Shown here: positions 55,683 through 64,000 of the stretch, piece after piece
How positions within the stretch are numbered: the first letter of the stretch is position 1
How the letters are laid out: every line of letters begins with the position of its first letter
Assembly: GCA_951406725.2 (NCBI GenBank)
Contig: OX597818.1
Coordinates: 54,436,001-54,500,000 of the forward strand
Direction: 5' to 3'
DNA from: Octopus vulgaris
Taxonomy: Eukaryota
Length of the DNA: 64,000 nucleotides
Program-made: the position numbers and the translations under genes
The notes under the pieces: model-generated
Database searches by the model: none
What the model was told of the DNA's origin: nothing
The model's input: the letters and a program-made list of their open reading frames with translations, nothing else

Positions 55683-56176
55683 AATGCATATATATGAAAT
55701 GGTGTACATTAAAATATTTATCACCCTGATATTATTTATATAAATACATATATATATATGTATATATATATATGTATATATATATATGTATATATATAAA
55801 TATTTATAACTATGTATGTAGGTTTGTATATAGGTATGAGCGTAAGTATGTGTGTGGAGGACGTGTACGTCTGTGTGTAAGTGTATGTGTGTGTGTTTGT
55901 GTGTCTTTGTATGTGTGTGTGTGTGCGTTCGTGCGTGCGTGCGTGTGTGTATTTGTGTTCAAATGTACATCTGCAAGGCTAGACGCATTGAACAAAAAGC
56001 TCGCATTAAAATTATGTCGTTTTGTAAGAAATATATTTGTGGTATTTCTTCCGTGTAAATTACAAAGAAAACTTTTCTGTCATCGGCGTCGTCCTAATTG
56101 TAGTTCATTTTTCCTTTGTTCATTATTAACCAGTAATTTTGAAGCATAACATCTCTTACAAATAACATGATAATAT

Positions 56177-56959
56177 ATAAATCTACATACAGTACAGTAC
56201 TTATCCGTTCAGGGGGTTCTACTAAAAGGGTAGGTTCTACCAATTATAGATTTGATAGGGTTGCCTGGCTTTTCAATAACCTTAATTCTTAGCTTAAGTT
56301 TGTCTAGGGTCCTTCTAAAGCGGTACGCCAGTTCACCTCCAGGGGTGGTGTCAACGAACATGACACTCTGGTATTTATGGCTATCATACCAAGAGTTGGC
56401 TTTCCCTATTTTCTTTTTTGTCCTTTCTATAATGTTCCATGACTTGTTCCTATAGAGTGGGCAAATCCCATTCCTATCATTACATAATATATTATCAAAT
56501 TTCTTAATGGCTCCTTTGTATACTCTGATCCTTTCTTTATGGCTGTAACCTGAGAACTGCATGCGGTGAATGAAATATTGTATGTGTCTCTTTAACTCTG
56601 TGGGCTTGCACATGCGTAACACGTTTCTCATTATTCTGACGAGGTCTGCCATCAAAATATTGAATTTGGCATTGTCCGCAATGGCTGAGTTCCGGTGGAT
56701 CAAGTATTTTGAAGCCATAGGTTTGGCATAGTATGAATGAAGGATTTGGGTTTTATTATTCACAATTTCTAGCCAGAGTTCAGTGTCTAGTACTGGTAGT
56801 CTATGGTTGGGGTGTTTAGTGGGGTAGTCTATTGTGACCTTAATACTAGAATGGAGCACTAACACACACCACAACATATGACGATAGAGGATCCTGAAAA
56901 CATAATAAATACACAGATAAATAAACAAATGGAAATGGATATATATATGTATATATATA

Positions 56960-56991
<32 letters not shown>

Positions 56992-56997
56992 TATGTA

Positions 56998-57028
<31 letters not shown>

Positions 57029-57507
57029 TTATTTACTTTTTTCGATTCGATTTATTATTATTATTACTAGTATTGTTGTTATACATACATACATACAAGC
57101 ATATGTAATGATAATAATAAGTGGATGTAAACACATGAACAAAATAAGAATAAACAACAACAACAAAAACAAACTACAAATTACATGAACGTATGTAAAC
57201 AGAAGATACAAATATTACAGGCATCCCCCCACATACATACACTAAATAAACATAGACGCACATAGAGATTTATATCTCTATATAAAATGGCTGACAAAAT
57301 GGCTGACGGTTAGTAAGGAGAGACACAAATAAGAAAGAAGAAAACAAAGGACCACTGACGCGGTCACAGGAGTGTGACGAAAGAACTCTGGCCGAAATCA
57401 GATTATGATTAATATAAAAAATAAATAACTGAAGCAAAATAACACCAAATATATAGTGCGTGTGTTTTTATTGGCTAAACTGGCAAAATGACCATTCCGA
57501 AATATAG

Positions 57508-57510
<3 letters not shown>
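56177..57510. mobile_element. Same Penelope-like family: RT thumb/linker (- strand, 56209-56845) joined to an inverted 3' UTR (+ strand, 56846-57510)
   Basis: LPVLDTELW...YYAKPMASKYLIHRNSA...FSGYS...KPGNPIKSII continues into the sequence preceding the GIY-YIG of 9297. The 3' UTR matches 9673-10390. Confidence 0.8.
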
Positions 57511-57575
<65 letters not shown>

Positions 57576-58354
57576 AATAAGTCACCAAGAAGGAATACGG
57601 TTGGATATTTATTTACAATCACTACAATTGTTTCTAATAGTTGTTTATGTTATATATATATAGATATATAATGGAGAAAATGTACAAAATGTTTAAGCAG
57701 ATCATGTGTAAAGCACCGTTACATTTTCGATTTCCTTTTGTCATCCATAGATTTGGGGTAACAGCATTAATAAAATAGGAGAGGGAATGTGTAAATAGAC
57801 TTTATTTGGTACGACATGTGTTTCGACACTTTCTGGGTCTCTTCGGGTGCATCAATAAAATGTCTCATTAGAGATTTCTTCAGTCGGCTTACGTATCGCT
57901 ATATGTCCAAATTCGAGAATGAGTAAAACCAGAGAAAAATTATTGAAACGCAAAAAATTCAAATATGAACTTGGGAAGTATACGTTCTAGTTTAGAGAAA
58001 ATGACGTAATCTGCTATCAGTGTTGTAACTGTTAAGAGAAAGAAAAGGAAGTAGTGAAACTTTTTATAGACGTACATGAAGAGGCATTGAACAGGTCGAA
58101 ACATGTATTGTACCCAATATAGTCTATTGCACATTCCATATATTTTATTAATACTATATTTATATATAAAGTTAATCCAAGCAAGAAAGCAAAAAAAAAA
58201 CACAACAACCCGAGGACGTGGAATAAATATAGTATTATTGGAAGCTTAGGAAAGAAGGAAAGAAGGAGCCTTTAACGTTTCGAGCGGAGTTCTTCGTCTG
58301 AAACATAGGAGAAGGAAAGATCCAAGAAGAGAAGACAGAGGAAAAAAAATCGCC

Positions 58355-58420
<66 letters not shown>

Positions 58421-58694
58421 GTATGTATGTATGTATATATATATGCATATATATGAAATGTGTACATTAAAATGTTTATCACCCTGATATTATTAATGTA
58501 TATACATATACATATATATATATATATATGTGTGTGTATATATATATATATGTATGTATATATATGTATATATATTTAGATTTATACATATAACTCTGTA
58601 TGTAGGTTTGTGTATAGGTATGAGCGTAGGTATGTATGTGTGGAGGTCGTGTACGTCTGTGTATGTGTGTGTTAGTGTATGTGTGTTTGTTTGT

Positions 58695-58761
<67 letters not shown>

Positions 58762-59652
58762 CGTGCGTGTGTGTGTGTGTATTCGTGTTCAAATGTACAT
58801 CTGCGAGGCAGGACGCATTGAACAAAAAGCTCGCAATAAAATTATGTCGATTTGTAAGAAATATCTTTTTTTTATTTCTTCCGTGTAAATTACAAAGAAA
58901 ACTTTTCTGTCATCGGCGTCGTCCTAATTGTAGTTCATTTTTCATTGGTTCATTTTTAACCAGTAATTTTGAAGCATAACATCTCTTACAAATAACATGA
59001 TAATGTTTACACAATATATAAAATAAATAAGACGCAGAAGTTGCCATGTGTTGAATGACTTTTGTAGAATCACGTCCATAGTCAGTGAAATTGACGTTCA
59101 GTGGAGTGTCCTTTTTATTATCAAGTTGTATGGAAACATTTTATTAAAGTATCAACTTATATCAGTCCCCCAGAACATCACTTGGTTCTGGAGGTGGTCC
59201 TTACGTCCTGCAGTAATTTTGGGAACTGTACTCCTGTGATCCTCTCTAAATATTCGCGGAACAATACGATGGTGCCCATCTGGAAGTTATAATTTTCTTC
59301 CGGGTTTTGTTTCGATGAGGAGGTTTTCCCTCTTACTTTCGGGACACTAATTTTTGATACACCAAACATTTCGGCTTTTTCCGTTACACTAGCACCTGCC
59401 ATCCGAGCACCGACAATTTTGACCTGTTTCAAAGTCCGAGAGATCTGTCATTGCAATAAATTTTAATTACCTTTTTCTGATGATACCTGAAAAGAAACAG
59501 CAATTTTATTAAAACATATTAAGCAACACTAATAACAAATCACAAAGCATAAAAATAATCAAGCTTTGACGGTTTTATAGATATTTCAAAATTATGATGC
59601 TATGATGCCAGGGGTTTCCATTATTTTGTCCAACCCCTATATATAAATAAAT

Positions 59653-59728
<76 letters not shown>

Positions 59729-59808
59729 TATATATATATATGCATATGTGTAATAATATATGTGTGTGTGTATATATGTGTATATATATGTATATATATA
59801 TATATATT

Positions 59809-59867
<59 letters not shown>

Positions 59868-60956
59868 TGTTACGAGGTGACCTCCGTTTCGAACGAACGA
59901 AAGCTGTCACGGAATCCCTCACACAGGCCCGTTCGATGCAGCGAATATTCGCCACGGAAACTCGGAGACGAGAGAGAGATACAACAACAACAACAACAAC
60001 AGAAGCAGCAGCAAGATACACCGGAGGCAATCGAGAGAGACACAAGAGGCAAGGCAATTGGCTTACATTTAAGAACTAGTTTATGACAATCAATTGTTAC
60101 AACATCAATTACATTTCAGATACATTTAAAAGAGGACATGCAAGTAACAACTCATTACATCATACAGGTATACCACAGATCAAAGCATTTAAACATGCAA
60201 GTAACAATATAACCGTCCGGTAACAACACATCAAGTTCAATAACAACAGCATTTCAAGAGTACACGTCCGGAGACACAGTTCTGTTTCAAAACGCATTAA
60301 AGTTACAGTTCAAAGGACATTAAAGGCCTATACAGTTCAATATTCGATTCTTTTCATTGTCCCATTTCTTTAGCACTGTTCTTCTCGTTAACATAATGTC
60401 TTTATACATTTCTTTTCAACATTTCGATACATCGATTCTTTTTTTCCTCTTTTTCTTCACATATCAATACACAATTCACGTACCTTAATTCCTACTAGAA
60501 TAGCCAGTGTCTCATATTGCACCTCATCTCTCTCAGTACCGCTAACTCCAAGTTGCCAAACTCTTGCCCCGAATCCCAAATCCTCGCTCCTAAGTCCAAC
60601 CGCTCGCTTTGACGACCAAATACCGACTGCCAAAATCTCTTGCTCTCCCACCACCCCTTATCTGTCTTACCACTGCCAATACTCTCTCTATCTGCTCTTG
60701 ATCCTATGTGCCTATCTTCATCGACGCTGTCGCTGTCACTCTCTCACGACAGCTCTCAGATTCCTTAATCTGTCTTCCTCACTACTTTCTTCTTCCTCAC
60801 ATCTCTCTGACCCCTTCTCGACCGGCACAAGGCCAAAGGTCCTTCCAAAAGCCATCAGTCTTCCGTAAACAAAGGACTATAATTTTGTACTGTAGACTTC
60901 CAGACTCCACTCCCAAGAAAAGTAGGTCATAGAAGTGTCCTTGACCATTTACAACA
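59868..60956. mobile_element. Probable solo LTR (TGTT...AACA) in a (TA)n tract
   Basis: 1089 bp complex island starting tgttacga and ending tacaaca, flanked by atat on both sides. The TSD is uninformative inside a TA repeat. No ORF. Confidence 0.6.
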
Positions 60957-61234
60957 ATATATATATATATAAGTTTGACTTGTGTGATTCTTTGTCTTGG
61001 GATTCACGGTCAATCGGCTGGGTGGAATTGCGCTAAAAATTGCAGAGATGTGTAGAATGATCCGGTGCTAACGCTGGCTTTGTATTTTTTCATAGATCTC
61101 ATGGTTACCGAGATAATCTACTATAATAATACTCATGTGTTTATGAATGATAAAGATAGGAGTGATAGATGAATAAGGAAGGAGGGGGTAATGTCATACT
61201 AGGTAGTGGGATGATGAAAATTGTACGCTGAAAA

Positions 61235-61915
61235 AATAAATCAAACAGCATTTCAAGTCTGTGTGAATATGCGAGTGCATATAAAAGGTGGGTATGTGAA
61301 TGTGTGTGTGCTTGTGTTTGTGTGCGTGTGCGTGTGCGTGCCCAATGGAAGTGGGATGCTGAACATTCAACGATGAAAAGAAAAATCAAACAGCGTTTCA
61401 ACTCTGTGCATTTGGTATTTACTTGCCAGCTCCCGTATTTAGTCACGGACAGCTGCATGTGGCCTTAAGTCGGACAATAAAGAAGGAAAACTTTAAATTT
61501 CTTTTAATTAGTTGTGGGTAGATTTTTCACAGGTTTTGTAGTAAAAGAATTATTAAAGTAAGAACTTGGTTTTGTACCTTATCTACTATAATCATACTAT
61601 TGGGTTTTTTTCTCCGTCACAACATATGAATGAAAAAAGAAGAAATAATAGATAAAAAAAGGAGTGATGGCAATATTCATAGTGGGGTGATAGAAACTGT
61701 AAGGTGAGAAAGAAAACTCAAACAGTGTTTCAACTCTGTGTCTATGGTATTTACTTACCAGCCCTTGTGTTTGGTCACGGCCAGAATTATGTGGCCTTAA
61801 GTGGGACAAGAAGGAAGGAAAACTTTCAAATTCTTTTGAAGGAAACAAGCAGTCAAAGTTGCAGATAGATTTTTTACAAAAGAAATTTAGTAATAAAAGA
61901 ACTATTAAACCAAAA
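61235..61915. repeat. Diverged local tandem repeat
   Basis: aaacag.gtttcaactctgtg...ggtatttactt.ccagc...gtggccttaagt.ggacaa at ~61388 and ~61720, with a partial copy at ~61243. Confidence 0.7.
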
Positions 61916-63395
61916 TTTTGCATCCGATTATTTATGGTCAAGTACTTGCTATTGCATAGCAATATCGCAATTGAGTATTATGTATGGAGGTGGGTAAATT
62001 AGGAATTTACCCAGGATTTATACGGCAAATAAGATAATGGAGGGGATATACAATCGAAAGACATCAACCAACACCCATCTTTTATTATTCATTCGTTTCT
62101 ATATTTTATATATATGTGTGTTTGTATATATATATGTTTATGCAGTTATTTACTGTTTCCATTCGTTAATTTGTATCCCTCTTGCATATGTGTGTAATAA
62201 TTTAATAAATAGACATAATTGAATGTTTGCTGATTGATGTCTGTTGATTGTATATCCTCTTCATTTTCTTTTTTGCCGTATATATATATATATAAAATGA
62301 AATACACATTGTGTACAGGGCATCACCATCGAGTGAAAAATACGTAAACATACGAGAGAAAAATAGAAAATAGCAAAAGAAGATAACTCCACATCTGTTG
62401 TCGGTCTGTTTATTAATCCTGTTTCATGCTTTTAACGATAACGTAGGAAACCTTCATAAAACATAAGCAGCATCCTGAAATTTGTGGAGAGTCAGAGCTT
62501 CGAACGAACGAACGAACGAATACAGAGTGGACGTGCAGAGTAGACAAACGACGGAGACAGACATTAAGGGTCGTTAGGCCAACACGAATTGCAATGAGCA
62601 ACGCTTGAGATGTATATGTGTATGTGTGTGTGTGTGCCCCCGTGTGTGTTTGTGTGTGTGTTTGTGTGCGTGCGTGCGTGCGTGTGTATGTTATGTATGT
62701 ACATATCTATATAAAGAGTTAAGTATGAGTGTGTGTGTGTGTGTGTGTCTGTGTGTGTGTGTGTGAGTGAGAGTGTGTGTATGTGTGTGTGTTCAGTTTC
62801 GTTATATGACTGGACAAAAACCTAGCAATAACTTCATATCGTTTTCTCAGAAAATATTTGTGTTATTTCTTTCTTGGAAATTGCATAGAAAACTTCCTTG
62901 TCATCTCTCATTGGTTCATACGTAACCATGATTATTGAAGCATAACATATGACACAGATAATATCATATATATAGCATAGAAAATAAATAAGACGCAGAA
63001 GTAGTCTTGCGTTGAGTGACTATTGTAGAATCACGCCCATCGTCAGTGAAATTGACGCTCAGCGGACTGTCTTTTTATTATCAAGTTCTATGTGGACATT
63101 TGCTTAATTATCAACTGATCTCAGCATTTAAATATTGATTTAACCCAGGAGTACGTTCATCAAACTACATCTTTTATCCTACAAATTCTTATCTTATATT
63201 AATTAATATTTTTTGAATAATCGCTTGTGTTATCCGCCACATCAGGATCAATTTAACCGCTATTTCTGAGCTGAACAAAGGGAAAAACCGAGGTAATATA
63301 TCGTTATTTTCCGTTCCTCAAATTTTGCAACAATATTTCACGGCTTAAAGTTGTACTGCTACATTTCGGCTGCTTTATAGATATTCCGCTCAACC

Positions 63396-64000
63396 ATGGA
63401 CTACGTAGATGCACAACATGTTGAAGGTATATATTTTAAAGAGAAAGATCTCGATTCACAACCTAAAGATGTTGAAATGGTGTCTGTTAAAGAAAATAGC
63501 GAATCTATAAATGCCAGATATGACATGGATCGTAACAAAGAGAATCTGGCTTTAATAATCAACAATGAAAGTTTCGACGAATCGACAGGAATGCCTGAAC
63601 GACAAGGATCCGATGAAGACGCATCAAAAATTAAAAAATCTTTGAAGTCATTGCATTTTGAGGTGATCGACCACAATAATTTATCAGTGAAAGAGATGAC
63701 GCAAATCTTCACGGATATATCCAGGATGGACCTTGCGAAGTATAACTGCTTCGTTTGTGTTATATTGACCCACGGTGAAGACGATAACCAGATTTATGGC
63801 ACTGATGGAAAAGTAAATCTGGATACTTTAGTGGAGATGTTGCTTCCCAATAGATGCCCAGGTTTAATAGGTAAGCCAAAACTATTCTTCATACAAGCTT
63901 GTCGGGTAAAAAAAATGGACAGCGGTAAAGATGTGGTCGATGCAGCTAGAGAAACACATGAAAAAGTCACATCTCACAAACTACCAGTTTGGGCCGACTT
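63396..64000 (+). CDS. Effector caspase copy D, partial (runs off the window end)
   Basis: Hand translation from ATG 63396 is open to the window end: MDYVDAQHVEGIYFKEKD...LALIINN...ILTHGEDD...KPKLFFIQACRVKKMDSGKDVVDAARETHEKVTSHKLPVWAD. It is missing from the ORF track because no stop lies in the window. Confidence 0.93.
   Translation, partial: MDYVDAQHVEGIYFKEKDLDSQPKDVEMVSVKENSESINARYDMDRNKENLALIINNESFDESTGMPERQGSDEDASKIKKSLKSLHFEVIDHNNLSVKEMTQIFTDISRMDLAKYNCFVCVILTHGEDDNQIYGTDGKVNLDTLVEMLLPNRCPGLIGKPKLFFIQACRVKKMDSGKDVVDAARETHEKVTSHKLPVWAD

Overview
AT-rich, microsatellite-dense animal DNA. It is most likely an octopus (coleoid cephalopod), inferred from tRNA-derived SINEs that I recognise as Octopus-type and from the R4/Dong and Penelope content. 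The only host genes are four intronless, short-prodomain caspase-3/7-like copies. A (5613-6503, minus) and B (13866-14733, minus) are disrupted, C (49782-50648, plus) is intact, and D (63396 to the window end, plus) is open as far as visible. They point outward from the centre of a large imperfect palindrome with arms at ~9.3-25.5 kb and ~32.7-55.2 kb. The ~7.2 kb spacer is a (TAA)n tract filled with nested non-LTR retrotransposons. The paralogues differ mainly at the activation linker (IMHD vs DVLD/DVVD) and at substrate-binding loops. The intact copy has Lys (AAG) in place of the S1-pocket Arg, and copy D reads QACRV. The rest is R4/Dong, Tx1/L1, Penelope-like, SINE, Tc1, Helitron-end and solo-LTR debris. 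About twenty hammerhead ribozyme-like motifs are present, including an apparently intact U3-A8 variant at 9019-9076. Most short ORFs in the supplied track are microsatellite artefacts.
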